Source: Eledone cirrhosa
Lineage: Eukaryota
NCBI GenBank assembly: GCA_964016885.1
Contig: OZ024743.1
Location: 246,636,001-246,700,000, forward strand
DNA length: 64,000 nucleotides
Reading direction: 5' to 3'
The notes under the pieces: model-generated
Databases searched by the model: none
Seen by the model: only the letters and a program-made list of their open reading frames with translations
What the model was told of the DNA's origin: nothing
Made by a program: the position numbers and the translations under genes
Shown here: one piece after another, positions 9,605-23,095 of the stretch
Layout: every line of letters begins with the position of its first letter
Numbering within the stretch: the stretch's first letter is position 1

Positions 9605-11165
9605 ACGGTGTGTTAGTATGTTCTGTATTGCATGTCAGTGTGAATCAAGATGTTGATGGGGAAAAGTGTGCTCAAAATGACACCAGTACACTTAGCATCA
9701 CCGATGCCCCCAAAAAAGAGACCTGAAATGTTAATATAAGCGGTTGATGAATGTAGAAAATGAATGGGAAGGAGAGAGACTACCCCCAACTTATTCAAAT
9801 AGAGGGTCCAGCTATTGAAATCAACAGTTAAAGGATCAAAGAAGTAATTGAGGAAATGAAGAATGGTAAAGCTGCATGACCGTCAGGGATAGTTGCTAAA
9901 AACATTGGAAGTAGAAGAGGCTGAACTAATAACATGCAGAGTCAATTAGGTTATACAGGATGGAGTCATACCCAATGACGGGTGCAGCAGTAGAATCATA
10001 AATTACAAGGAAAAAGGTAATGCTCTAGAAAGGAGCAGAGGAATATAACTAATGGACCAAGACCAAGTTATGAAAGTAATGGAAAGAGTTGGATTAGACT
10101 AGATGCAGTTCAGTTTTGTGCCTGGGAGAAGTACTACAGATGCCCTCTTCCCCGTGTGACAATTATGAGAGAGAAGCATCAGCCAAGAATAAGGTGCTAT
10201 ATTTAGCTTTTGTTGATCTAGAAAAGCCTTTGATGTACTACCTCGTCTGTCATCTGGTGGTCCCAAGAAAAATTAGATGTAGAAGAATGGTTTGAGAGAG
10301 TGGGAAAAGAGTTTAGAGAGGTACATCAGCCCACTTCTGTTCATTATAGTTCTCCAGGCCATAACAGATGAGTTTAAGATTGGCTATCCTTGGGAATTTC
10401 TTTATACGAATGATCTGGTTCTTACAGCTGAAACCGTAGAAGAACTAAAGAATAAATTCTGACTGTAGAAACAGAATTTACAATCAAAAGAGCTGAGAGT
10501 TAAATTTAGCGAAAACTAAATTAGGAAAAAAACTATATGATGTACGCAATGCAAATCTGGAGTACACACGAGATGTAGTGGGATAGCAGGCAGATAAATA
10601 TGAAAGGAAGACTTCATATGTACTAGATGTACAGGGGTAATCTATAGTAAGAGCAACAATGATATAAACATTTTCCAATAACATGAAGGATTCATGGAAG
10701 TGATTTTAGCTTCTGCTACATAGGTGATCTAATTAACAGTGGAGGAGGGTGCTTCAAGAGCATAGTAGCTAAAATAAGAATAGACTAAAAGAGCTAATCC
10801 CTCTGTCCCTACAAAGAAAAGGATGGCTGTATGATGCCTGTGTATGAAGTGAAATATAGGCAGCGTTTGTAGACGGTATGCATAGGCTGAAGAGAAATAA
10901 AGCAACTATGCTTCGTTGAATGTGCAATGAGAAAACAGCAGAGCTTGAATTAACTAAGTAAAAAACTGGACATGTGATGCACATGGATGATGATTGCTGG
11001 GTGAAGAAGTGCTGGGAAACCCCAGTAGAGAAGACGAAGGAAGACTTGGGTGGAGAACTTATAGAGGGGATGATGAAGGAACGCAATGAGTGGAGAGATA
11101 CTATGCTGAAAAGGACCCGATCAAGCCATGCAAGTGTGGGAAAATGCACATAAAAATGATGATAT
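9605..11165 (+). pseudogene. Old, heavily decayed RTE LINE (RT region, PHD remnant, 3' tail)
   Basis: Remnants of QFSFVPG, LAFVDLEKAFD, YPWEFLY, CTQCKSGVHTRCSG..FICTRC, GHVM..DDCWVKKC with many stops and frameshifts. Confidence 0.85.
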
Positions 11166-11505
11166 CATCATCATCATTTCATTTTACGTCCGCTTTTTCC
11201 CTGCTTGCAAGGGTGGGACAGGAACTGATTCTGGCTTGATTTCTACAGCTGGATGCCCTTTCTAACACCAACCTCATTTACAGTGAGTGCTGGGTGCTTT
11301 TTTTGCCGTGGCACCTCCACGACCACTTTGCAGTGGAATGATAGGGACCCCAGTCCCTATCATCTCATTTCTACAGCTGAGTAAACTGGAGCAATGTGAA
11401 ATAAAGTGTCTTGCTCAAGTACACAGCACATCACCCGGTCTGAGAATTGAACTCACAACCTTTCGATTGCAAGGCCAATGCTCTAACCACTAAGCCATAT
11501 GCCTC
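11166..11505 (-). mobile_element. RTE-A 3' UTR fragment joined to a tRNA-SINE 5' half
   Basis: (ATC)n + ttctacagctggatgccctttctaacacc, then aagtgtcttgctcaag...ttgaactc...ctctaaccactaagccat (reverse complement of a tRNA head). Confidence 0.7.
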
Positions 11506-11610
11506 CATATATATATATATATATAGTAATAATAATAAATTTGAAGACTAAAATCAAAATAGGGCTCAATAAGGATCTATTATATAAGAACCCTAGAGCA
11601 AATATTTATG

Positions 11611-11709
11611 AAAATAACAGGTTAAAGTTTAAGCAAAGAATTGCTGCTTTCACTCTTGATGCCAGGGTGAAAGCAGCGATTCTTTGTTTAAACTTTAATC
11701 TGTTATTTT
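11611..11709. repeat. Near-perfect palindrome with ~46-bp arms
   Basis: aaaataacaggttaaagtttaagcaaagaattgctgctttcactct / agggtgaaagcagcgattctttgtttaaactttaatctgttatttt. Confidence 0.8.
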
Positions 11710-11731
11710 AATAAATAAATATATATATATA

Positions 11732-12096
11732 CAGTCAGTAGGCACCTCTAACAAAAATACACCCCCGTCCCACTACCCCCACCCGATCCACACCACCCCT
11801 TTCAATGTAAAGTTATGTTGGTACCACAACATCCAGTCCGAAACAAATGAGGTCGTGTAGGTGTCACGACAAAAAAACACACAGTCCACACTGTAATGTG
11901 GCCGTGTAGGTAACACGGTAAAAACCTCCCAGTCCACACTGTAAACGTGGTTGGTGTTAGGAAGGGCATGCAGCCGTAGAGAACCCGCCAGACAGTCCTA
12001 TACGAGCAAGACAACCAATCTTGCCTCAAATTCTCGTCCAAACCCATGCAAGCGTGGAAGATGGACGTTAAACGATGATGATGATGATGATGATGA

Positions 12097-12100
<4 letters not shown>
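11732..12100 (+). mobile_element. RTE subfamily-B 3' UTR fragment with (GAT)n tail
   Basis: Similar to 62840-63147 and to the reverse complement of 50887-51260. Confidence 0.8.
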
Positions 12101-12169
<69 letters not shown>

Positions 12170-12275
12170 CAGCACAATAGCTTTCACATAATAAAAACAA
12201 ATAAAGAAGTTACTTAAAAATAATAATAAAAATCCAACATAAATTACATAAAAATTCCATATGTAAGCTAAATTA

Positions 12276-12313
<38 letters not shown>

Positions 12314-12662
12314 CTGGTTCAAATATTCTCTCCCCTATCTAGCTGCCAAATCAATTAGGTTCACTATGAAAGTATTTTACATTAAATCAGCAAAGAAAGT
12401 CTAAATTAGACTAGGAAATAGTCCAAAAATTGTTAAACTAAATAGTCAATATCTGTTGCCGAAGCAACTGATTCCCATTTGTGGCTTTCATTCATTCATA
12501 AACACTCACACATGAAAGTGTGCCTAGGTTTATCTAGGCTTATATAACTTTGGATTGATAGGTTAAGATATTCCTTCAAGAAACTTAACTAGATCAGTAA
12601 GGGAAGTGTGTATATGGTGGAAGTGAAATCAAACATGTGAGGGCAATTTGATATATATATAT

Positions 12663-12851
12663 TGAAAATGTGAGTGTCCCAAATGCAGAATATAACTGTA
12701 ATAACAGTTGATCACTATAGATAATAGTCGAGAAAGTAGGGTAAATTACCCTTAGAGATGTTAATAATTAGACAGAGGGGACTCTGTCCACATCTATAGT
12801 GATCAAGTGTTATTACAGATATATTCTGCATTTGGGACATTCACATTTTCA
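12663..12851. repeat. Inverted repeat with ~60-bp arms
   Basis: tgaaaatgtgagtgtcccaaatgcagaatata.ctgtaataaca.ttgatcactataga mirrored at 12793-12851. Confidence 0.75.
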
Positions 12852-14072
12852 GATTTGAACACTCCAATCACTTTGATAATTCATAAGGTTTGATTAAATA
12901 TTTTGTTAGAACTTGATGATTAATCAGTGGAATTGTTATAGTGACAGATTAAATGCTTTGTAATTTTTCACTGAAGCTAACTCTGCCTTTCATCCTTTCA
13001 CAGTCAAGAGGGTAAGGGGTTTGCAGAATTGTTAAAGTGTCAGATAAGATGCTTTTTGTGGTATCTGATCTGGCTCTGAGAGTTCAAATCCCGCCTCCTT
13101 CTACCAGGAGTTGTGACTGGTGGATAGTATCAGTAATGATTAGACCAATGAAAACACTGATCTGATGATCAGCTGCTTTGTCTTTTAAAACTAGAAGGGA
13201 GCAAGAGGCTTTTATGTTTCAGCAATGATGGAAAGATGTCAGCTAAAGTAGATAATGATATGAGACGTTGATAGAAAATAGTAAAACCTCTCATACGATC
13301 TTAATACTTGCTACTATATAATTAATTCTTTTGTTATCATATTTCTAATAAATACCACTGCATATGATTTTCAAATAATTTTGAAAATAATCAAGAATTA
13401 TAACTAAATCTCTCATTAATAACTCGTTTGATACCAACCTGACCAAAACCAACACTGGTTCTATAAAATAAAACACCCATTTAAAAGGGTTCCTATTTAA
13501 ATTAAAATCTTCAAACATAATTTTAGTAAATCCATCTAAAGGGAATATTTCATTAGAAATATAGCCACAAAAGGCTTTTGTTACCATATTTTCTCATGAA
13601 AGCTATTGCCTATAATTTCTATATAATTTTGAAAAAAAAAAATTGGAGATTTAGTAATATAACTAACTTTCTCATTATTAAGATGACTAGCAGAAAAACC
13701 ACCCTTTGGGTGGTTTTCTGCTAGCATGTGTAGTGTGCATATTGATATTATATGCAAGTTTATATGCATGTAGATATGATACATCAAATAAAATCGTAAT
13801 TGACAATATACACAAAAATTGAATGAAGACTGTGTTACACTCTCTTATGTAATCAGTAATGCAATCCATGATACATTAAAAAAAGACAATATTATATATA
13901 AACTGCATTAGGAGAAAATTAGTGATGGAAATATATAAATGTTTATTTAAGTTATCGCTAACCAGAAGTGTTGACATTTGAAAATTTTAAAGAAGTGAAT
14001 CTTTAAATAAGTAATAAAATATATTTAATGAACAGCCACGAAATTTAGTAGATAAATTATGTAATATTCAGG

Positions 14073-14253
14073 TCGATTGGCAGTATCGGTAGAGGGTCGG
14101 ATGCCATGCTTTCTAGCAGAGTTACATCCCTTTACAGTCTGAATTCAAATCCCGCCGAGGTTAACTTTGCCTTTCATCCTTACGGGGTCGATAAAATAAA
14201 GTACCAGTAATATACTGGTATTTGCTGGCCTTGTGCCAAATGTAGAAACAATT
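14073..14253 (+). mobile_element. tRNA-derived Nin/Deu-domain SINE
   Basis: A-box-like tggcagtatcggtaga, B-box-like gaattcaaatcc, core gcctttcatccttacggggtcgataaaataaagtaccag. Confidence 0.8.
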
Positions 14254-15449
14254 ATTTATTCAAAGTAATCCAACTTACTTTACAAACAGGAGAAAAAAAT
14301 ATATTCTGGATGCAGTTCCGCACTCTTTACTTTATTATAGTTTAGATTATTAAATGTTCTTACATAAAATTATGATGGAAGGTTTGTATTGCGGAAACAA
14401 GGGCCACTTCATGCAGATTTGGTATAAAAGAATTAATCCGCCTATCTGTGATAAACAGTTTAAGCAGCTAAAACTGCTGATTTAGTGTTAAAAATAAATT
14501 ATAAGAACACCACACACTCACATATACGAAAAATGCACCCAGTACACTCTGTAAAGTAGTAGTGCTGGTTTCATAATTAATGCAGGTGGTGCACCCTGTA
14601 AAGTGGCTGACACTAAGGAGAGCATCCAACAATAGAAATCATGCCAAAATATGGAATGTATGAGAAGACATGATTCCTTGACCAGTCTAGTCTCAGACCA
14701 TGACAACCCATCTAACTCTTGACCAGCATGCAAAAGGTTAAACTCCAGGCTGCTGTTATTAGTGCTAATTTAAAACTGAATTAAGGTACATTGCTGGGTC
14801 CAAGAACAAATCATTGACCTTATGATCATAAGATTAATAACCCAACTACTAGACTGTCTATCTTTACATATGACATAATTTGTTGATAAACAATTTAGTC
14901 AAAATTTTTAATATTGGCTACTTTATCAGATGTAGAAACATGTCATGGGACCTGCAAGGCTTTAGCAGGGAAGATGTTCTTGTTGTTCTATGTAATAATA
15001 TCAACACTCAATTGTTATTAGCTCATAATATCCTGTAATGATTTAGTAGAAAATATCTAGAAACAGACTTCAAATGTTTTTAGCATCTTTACTAGTGGAC
15101 AGTTCTTTGTGAAATTTGTAGTAAACTAAAGTAAAGACTTAATCTTTAATGTAATGTTTTATGTTTTTTAATGTCTTGCTAATGTGGTTTCATGTGGTAC
15201 AGAATGTTAAGAGTTAAAGCATTGAGCACTAAATTGAATTATGATCATACTTGTCATTTAACACACACACATATGCGTGTGTGTATACATGTGTACACAC
15301 CATAAAGCAGTTAGTGATAGGAAGGGTATCCAGTTGTAGAAAATATGCCAAAAGCAAAAAAAAAAAAATGTGAGTGATTAGATGCTGACTTGGTTTGTGA
15401 CAACTTGCTCAAGCCTTAACAGCATGGAAAAACACAAGTTAAATGTGCT

Positions 15450-15485
<36 letters not shown>

Positions 15486-15594
15486 TACATACATATACAC
15501 ATACATACATATATACACACACATACATACATATATATACACACACACATACATGCACACACATATATATATATTTATACACACATACATACAT

Positions 15595-15627
<33 letters not shown>

Positions 15628-16392
15628 TATATATACACACATACATACATATATATATATACACACACACATGTTTGAAAGCCAATTTCTAAAATGATTT
15701 TCAGTTTGGTTAAGCGTAATAATGGAACGAGAGTGAAGGACACAGCTATGATTCTTACAGATGGTATTACATCTCATCAACCTCCCAACCATAAATCAAT
15801 GATTAATGAGATTAATACAGAGATAACTGTTGAATAATGTACTGATAGTACACAGTAAATCAATTCATATTACAACTGAAATATATTGAATCTATAATCT
15901 ATATAAATCACATATGTTTATAAACTATTCAAATGATTTGATGACTTCTAGAATTTGTCTCAGAACTTTATGCAATTACCTTTTAACCCTTCCTGAAATC
16001 ATTCATGGCTTTATGATACAAAAACTGTTTATTTTAAGGTGTTCATATTTAAATTTAAAGTTTCCATTATAATTTTATGTAAGAACATTTGTTAAATTAT
16101 GATTTAAACATAAGCTTAGAAATGACAAAGTTAGTTATATTACTAAATCTCTCTAAATTCTTAATTTTCAAAATTAACTGTCAACAACCTGAAATCACAT
16201 TAGAAAAACAATTTTGAAAAGTATAATGACTGCCTGACTGCATCATGTTAAAAATTAGTCTAGTTTACTGCAACTTTCCACAACAACCTGTTTAGATGTA
16301 AATATACTATAAATATTTGAACTAACAAATCTGTTTTTAGATATTTTCTACTAAATCATTACAGGATGTTAAGAGTTAACAACCAAACACAG

Positions 16393-16580
16393 ACGGATTG
16401 GCAGTATCGGTAGAGCGTCGGACACCATGCTTTGCAGCAAAGAGTTACGACCCTTTATGGTCTGAGTTCAAATCCCGCTGAGGTTAACTTTGCCTTTCAT
16501 CCTTACGGGGTCGATAAAATAAAGTACCAGTAATGCACTGGGTATTTGCTGGCCTTGTGCCAAAAGTAGAAACAATTATT
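16393..16580 (+). mobile_element. tRNA-derived Nin/Deu-domain SINE
   Basis: Close match to 14073-14253 and the reverse complement of 1945-2140. Confidence 0.8.
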
Positions 16581-17033
16581 TTTAGCATAAATAACTGCAT
16601 CACATTAAATATTAAAGTCTTTATTCTGATACTGCAAGTTTTTCACAACAATATGTCCACCAGTAAACATTCTATAAACAAATTTGTTTTCAGATATTTT
16701 CTGCTATATCATAGCTGGATGATAAAAGTTAATTAAAAAGTAAAGGCAGTGTTTTACATAAGAAATATGGTAATGAAAGGGTTAATGTTGTATACCCCTG
16801 ACTAGTCAGTAGTAATAGGTAGAGACACAGCAATGACCTTTATAAGGGCCTCTGGGATTGGTGAAGTGAGGGAGGAAGTCAGACCCATCGCCAGGTATCA
16901 GTGTGGCCTCATTTCAGAACATTCTGGGTAGGCAGTCTAACTCACAAATTTACAGTGATACGCTTATTCTGAAACTCTGCCTTGGATTCGTCATTATTAT
17001 TTAGTGGGTGGTGGATTGGCAGTATTGTTATAA

Positions 17034-17150
17034 CAGGCGTGGGCAATTTTTTTCGAGCAGTAGGTGGCATAGGATGTGGATCATCAAGGCAATTTTTAAA
17101 TTAGGCATGCCACTCTGAAAGTCAAACAGGCTGCAGTTTGCCAATGACTG
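17034..17150. mobile_element. Small hAT (Charlie-like) MITE inserted in a SINE head
   Basis: Ends caggcgtgggcaa ... ttgccaatgactg; imperfect 8-bp flanks tgttataa/tgctagag; interrupts the SINE sequence ggattggcagtat|..tagagtatcgaac. Confidence 0.45.
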
Positions 17151-18411
17151 TGCTAGAGTATCGAACAACATGCTTGCAGCATATATTTATGGCTCTTTAT
17201 GTTCTGAGTTCAAGTCCTGCAGAAGTTAGCTTTGCCTGTGTTTGTTCTGGATCTTTCTTTATGTTCTGAGTTCAAATTCTACAGTGGTCAACTCTGATTT
17301 TATCCATCTGGGTTCGATGTACTGGGGTCAACATAACTGAACCCTGCTTCCAAAATGCTGTACCTAATTCAGAAACCCTTATTACAGCCCTTTACATTCT
17401 GAGTTTAAATCCTGCCAAAGTCAACTTTGGATTTCATCCTTCCAGAGTCAATAAAATAGAGTACCAATAAAATATTGGATCAATTTAAATGATTTACCCT
17501 CCCTCCCAACCAACTGGTGGCATTGGGCCTAAATTGGAAACCATTATTATTACTATTATTATATCAACAAAGAGGTTGGATTTCCTCCTGCATTGATTCT
17601 CTTTCTAGTACCTCACTGGGAAAAGAATTATCTTAAATAGCATTAAGATGATGGTGTGTATGTTGCAACAAATTTAGAGTGACACAGAATAAATGAATCA
17701 GTTACTGATACACTTAATGTATTTAATCAAATAATAATAAGTGAGCCAAAAGAAAGTATAGACATTTGATAAGTTCAGTATGTTCTACAGCCAATTATTA
17801 TCCAACAGAGATAATTAGTGTTACATAGTTATTGTATAACAGGAAACTCAAAATCGAGGGAGAGGTACAGCAGGCCATAAGTGAGATAAAGGGGAGGAGG
17901 GGGCATGATTTCCATCAGTTATAATAATAATCTGCAATACAGCTGATAAGCTATTTATTTCGTTTTTCTTTTCCATCAAAATGAATACGCCTATGATAGT
18001 AATTGGGATATGTGAATTGGCACAACAGTTAGGGAGACAAATTTTGGTGCAAAGGGCATCTAGCAGTAAAACATTGCCCCAAAAGGACTCTATGTGTACA
18101 AAACCTGGCATAGAGACGACCACATGGTCAACCTCCCCTCCTCTACTTTCTCCTCATACTTTAGCAGGGAAAATAGCCTTAAATCACTTGTTATTGCTGT
18201 TTTATCATATTCCAGAATCTATTGTCTTAATCAGATAAAGAATTTCTACATTAAATATTATATATATATTTGTTTTACAAGATTTCTTATCTGAAAACGT
18301 GTTGAAACAGATATTGTTATACTTTGGGAGCATGACCCTCCCAAAGTATAATGATATATATATGTAAACATACACTCAGGTCTCTAATAATGCCCACCCA
18401 CTTATTAATGT

Positions 18412-18761
18412 TTCATGCTCTGTTGGATGTGCAATGTAAGTGTGAGAGAAAAGCAGAGCTTGGATGAGTTGAGGGAGAAGCTGGATTTAAGAGGAATCCA
18501 AGGTGGTGTACAGGAGAGAAGACGGCGTTGGTGTAGACATGTGATGCGCATGGACAATGATTGTTGGGTGAAGAAGTGCCAAGAAATGCCAGTGGAAGGA
18601 AGCTGCACTAGAGGTAGACCAAGAAAGACATAGGCAGAAGTTGTGAGAGCTGACTTCAAATCACTGAGTCTCACAGAGGAGATGACAAAGGATTGTGATG
18701 ATTGGAGAGATGCTGTGCTGAGGACCCGTCCAACTCATGCAAGTGTGACATAGCAGACTTA

Positions 18762-18795
<34 letters not shown>
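18412..18795 (+). mobile_element. Old 5'-truncated RTE fragment
   Basis: MLCWMCN...ELREKL..RGI...RRWCRHVMRMD.DCWVKKC...RGRPRKT and a (GAT)n tail. Confidence 0.85.
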
Positions 18796-18796
<1 letters not shown>

Positions 18797-19829
18797 ATAT
18801 ATATATATATATTTCAATGAAAATATGAGAAAGCCAGATTCCAATAACTTCCTGTATTGCTGCATAATTACATAATACGTATTTGTGTGGCCGGCTTATG
18901 TCATCAGATCATAACCAAAACAATTGGTAATGTCAATATTTAATTAAGTAATCCTTATGGAGGCAGTCTTTGTAGTGATAGCATGGCTAGCCAGGCCACC
19001 TCCAAATGTTGAAGTCAGTGAATGTTTCACCCGCAGATGTCGGAATAAATTAGTTTTAATATATCTTAGATAGTGGGCATGGGCAGACTTGAACACAGTG
19101 CTAATAAATCTAATATTATGGTATAATATAGTTTATGCTTGCATGTCCTTTCTAACACCAACCAGCTTACAGCGTCTACTAAGTACATTTACATTGCCAC
19201 TTCACAGAGTGTACTGGGATCACTTTATTGTGGCACCAGCTCTAGAGAAGTTGTCATATGCTTGGCTAGACTAAAAGGCCCTCATTACCCTGTATTGTTT
19301 TTATTGCCAAATACATAACAGAGTGTCTTGGGTGCATTTTATAATGACATTAATACTAGAAAGTTTGTCAGGAATTCAACATGCCCTGTACATTATACAT
19401 ATAGCAGATATATAAGTCTATAGTCAACTATACATGTAACATATGTCTACGTGAGTCCCCTATATGCAACACCAATCTATAAGGTCTATAGTTCCCTATA
19501 CATATAACACATCTATAGGTCTAGTCACCTACAGATGTAATACAGTTTAGGTCTATAATCAACTATGTAACACAATTCAATATACAGGGAAGGAAGTGTA
19601 TTTATATAGAGTTGTTCAGTTCCATAACGAAATACCATAATCTTAATTGAAAAATATATATATTGAAGATCATTCTAACTACAATAAAGAGGTGAGGGTG
19701 GAGGATATGTGGGAGTGGTGGTGGCGAGGTATAGTTGTATGTGATGGTGAGGGTAGGAGAAATATATGAATGATGATGGGTGATGAGTGTGGAGGATGTG
19801 TATAAGGTATGGTGGTTATGTGATGGTGA

Positions 19830-22800
19830 TGGTTGTGTGTGAGGGTGGTGGTGAGGTGTAGTGGTTGTATTTGTGATGGTGGTGGTGAGATGTAGTGGTT
19901 GTGTGTGATGGTGGTGGTGAGGTGTAGTGGTTGTGTGTGTGTGATGGTGGTGAGGTGTAGTAGTTGTGTGTGTGAGGGTGGTGGTGAGGTGTAATGGTTG
20001 TATATGTGATGGTGGTGATGAGGTGTAGTGGTTGTGTGTGTGAGGGTGGTGGTGAGGTGTAGTGGTTGTGTGTGTGAGGGTGGTGGTGAGGTGTAATGGT
20101 TGTGTGTGTGAGGGTGGTGGTGAGGTGTAGTGGTTGTATATGTGATGGTGGTGGTAAGGTGTAATGATTGTATATGTGAGGGTGGTGGTGAGGTGTAGTG
20201 GTTGTGTGTGTGAGGGTGGTGGTGAGGTGTAGTGGTTGTGTGTGTGAGGGTGGTGGTGAGGTGTAGTGGTTGTATATGTGATGGTGGTGGTGAGGTGTAG
20301 TGGTTGTGTGTGAGGGTGGTGGTGAGGTGTAGTGGTTGTGTGAGGGTGGTGGTGAGGTGTAGTGGTTGTATATGTAATGGTGGTGATGAGGTGTAGTGGT
20401 TGTGTGAGGGTGGTGGTGAGGTGTAGTGGTTGTGTGTGTGATGGTGGTGGTGAGGTGTAGTGGTTGTATATGTGATGGTGGTGGTGAGGTGTAGTGGTTG
20501 TGTGTGAGGGTGGTGGTGAGGTGTAGTGGTTGTGTGTGTGAGGGTGGTGGTGAGGTGTAATGGTTGTGTGTGTGATGGTGGTGGTGAGGTGTAATGGTTG
20601 TATATGTGATGGTGGTGGTGAGGTGTAATGGTTGTGTGTGTGATGGTGAGGTGTAGTGGTTGTGTGTGTGATGGTGGTGGTGAGGTGTAGTGGTTGTATA
20701 TGTGATGGTGGTGGTGAGGTGTAATGGTTGTGTGTGTGATGGTGAGGTGTAGTGGTTGTGTGTGTGATGGTGGTGGTGAGGTGTAGTGGTTGTATATGTG
20801 ATGGTGGTGGTGAGGTGTAATGGTTGTGTGTGTGAGGGTGGTGGTGAGGTGTAATGGTTGTGTGTGTGATGGTGGTGGTGAGGTGTAATGGTTGTATATG
20901 TGATGGTGGTGGTGAGGTGTAATGGTTGTGTGTGTGAGGGTGGTGGTGAGGTGTAATGGTTGTGTGTGTGATGGTGGTGGTGAGGTGTAGTGGTTGTATA
21001 TGTGATGGTGGTGGTGAGGTGTAATGGTTGTGTATGTGAGGGTGGTGGTGAGGTGTAGTAGTTGTGTGTGTGAGGGTGGTGGTGAGGTGTAGTGGTTGTG
21101 TGTGTGATGGTGGTGAGGTGTAGTGGTTGTATATGTGAGGGTGGTGGTGAGGTGTAGTGGTTGTGTGTGTGAGGGTGGTGGTGAGGTGTAGTGGTTGTAT
21201 ATGTGATGGTGGTGGTGAGGTGTAGTAGTTGTGTGTGTGAGGGTGGTGGTGAGGTGTAGTGGTTGTGTGTGTGAGGGTGGTGGTGAGGTGTAGTGGTTGT
21301 GTGTGTGAGGGTGGTGGTGAGGTGTAGTGGTTGTATATGTGATGGTGGTGGTGAGGTGTAATGGTTGTATATGTGAGGGTGGTGGTGAGGTGTAGTGGTT
21401 GTGTGTGTGAGGGTGGTGGTGAGGTGTAGTGGTTGTGTGTGTGAGGGTGGTGGTGAGGTGTAGTGGTTGTATATGTGATGGTGGTGGTGAGGTGTAGTGG
21501 TTGTGTGTGAGGGTGGTGGTGAGGTGTAGTGGTTGTGTGAGGGTGGTGGTGAGGTGTAGTGGTTGTATATGTAATGGTGGTGATGAGGTGTAGTGGTTGT
21601 GTGAGGGTGGTGGTGAGGTGTAGTGGTTGTGTGTGTGAGGGTGGTGGTGAGGTGTAATGGTTGTATATGTAATGGTGGTGGTGAGGTGTAGTGGTTGTGT
21701 GTGTGAGGGTGGTGGTGAGGTGTAGTGGTTGTGTGAGGGTGGTGGTGAGGTGTAGTGGTTGTGTGTGTGAGGGTGGTGGTGAGGTGTAGTGGTTGTGTGT
21801 GTGAGGGTGGTGGTGAGGTGTAGTGGTTGTGTGAGGGTGGTGGTGAGGTGTAATGGTTGTGTGAGGGTGGTGGTGAGGTGTAGTGGTTGTGTGTGTGAGG
21901 GTGGTGGTGAGGTGTAGTAGTTGTGTGTGTGAGGGTGGTGGTGAGGTGTAGTGGTTGTGTGTGTGATGGTGGTGAGGTGTAGTGGTTGTATATGTAATGG
22001 TGGTGATGAGGTGTAGTAGTTGTGTGTGTGAGGGTGGTGGTGAGGTGTAGTGGTTGTGTGTGTGATGGTGGTGAGGTGTAGTGGTTGTGTGTGATGGTGG
22101 TGGTGAGGTGTAATGGTTGTATATGTGAGGGTGGTGGTGAGGTGTAGTGGTTGTGTGTGTGTGATGGTGGTGGTGAGGTGTAGTGGTTGTGTGAGGGTGG
22201 TGGTGAGGTGTAGTGGTTGTGTGAGGGTGGTGGTTGTGTGAGGGTGGTGGTGAGGTGTAGTGGTTGTGTGAGGGTGGTGGTGAGGTGTAGTGGTTGTATA
22301 TGTGAGGGTGGTGGTGAGGTGTAGTGGTTGTGTGAGGGTGGTGGTGAGGTGTAGTGGTTGTGTGAGGGTGGTGGTGAGGTGTAGTGGTTGTGTGTGTGTG
22401 ATGGTGGTGGTGAGGTGTAGTGGTTGTGTGAGGGTGGTGGTTGTGTGAGGGTGGTGGTGAGGTGTAGTGGTTGTGTGAGGGTGGTGGTGAGGTGTAGTGG
22501 TTGTATATGTGAGGGTGGTGGTGAGGTGTAGTGGTTGTGTGAGGGTGGTGGTGAGGTGTAGTGGTTGTGTGAGGGTGGTGGTGAGGTGTAGTGGTTGTGT
22601 GAGGGTGGTGGTGAGGTGTAGTGGTTGTGTGAGGGTGGTGGTGAGGTGTAGTGGTTGTGTGAGGGTGGTGGTGAGGTGTAGTGGTTGTATATGTGATGGT
22701 GGTGGTGAGGTGTAGTGGTTGTGTGAGGGTGGTGGTGAGGTGTAGTGGTTGTATATGTGATGGTGGTGGTGAGGTGTAGTGGTTGTGTGAGGGTGGTGGT

Positions 22801-23095
22801 GAGGTGTAGTGGTTGTGTGAGGGTGGTTGTGAGGTGTAGTGGTTGTGTGAGGGTGGTGGTGAGGTGTAGTGGTTGTGTGATGGTGGTGGTGAGGTGTAGT
22901 GGTTGTATATGTGATGGTGGTGGTGAGGTGTAGTGGTTGTATTTGTGAGGGTGGTGGTGAGGTGTAGTGGTTGTATATGTGATGGTGGTGGTGAGGTGTA
23001 GTGGTTCTATTTGTGATGGTGGTGGTGAGGTGTAGTGGTTGTATATGTGATGGTGGTGGTGAGGTGTAGTGGTTCTATTTGTGATGGTGGTGGTA
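19830..23095. repeat. GT-rich minisatellite, 27-31-bp unit GAGGGTGGTGGTGAGGTGTAGTGGTTGT(GT)n, ~3.3 kb
   Basis: Roughly 100 tandem units visible directly; almost no C on the + strand. Confidence 0.97.

Noticed and set aside
14073-14150. tRNA genes at SINE heads
   Set aside because: A/B boxes without a full cloverleaf, followed by SINE body and present in many decayed copies
15378-15792. Overlapping YI/HT/CV-rich ORFs (also near 12100, 22500, 43350, 63150)
   Set aside because: Translations of microsatellites and satellite
19830-23095. Interstitial telomere
   Set aside because: Unit is 27-31 bp and is not TTAGGG
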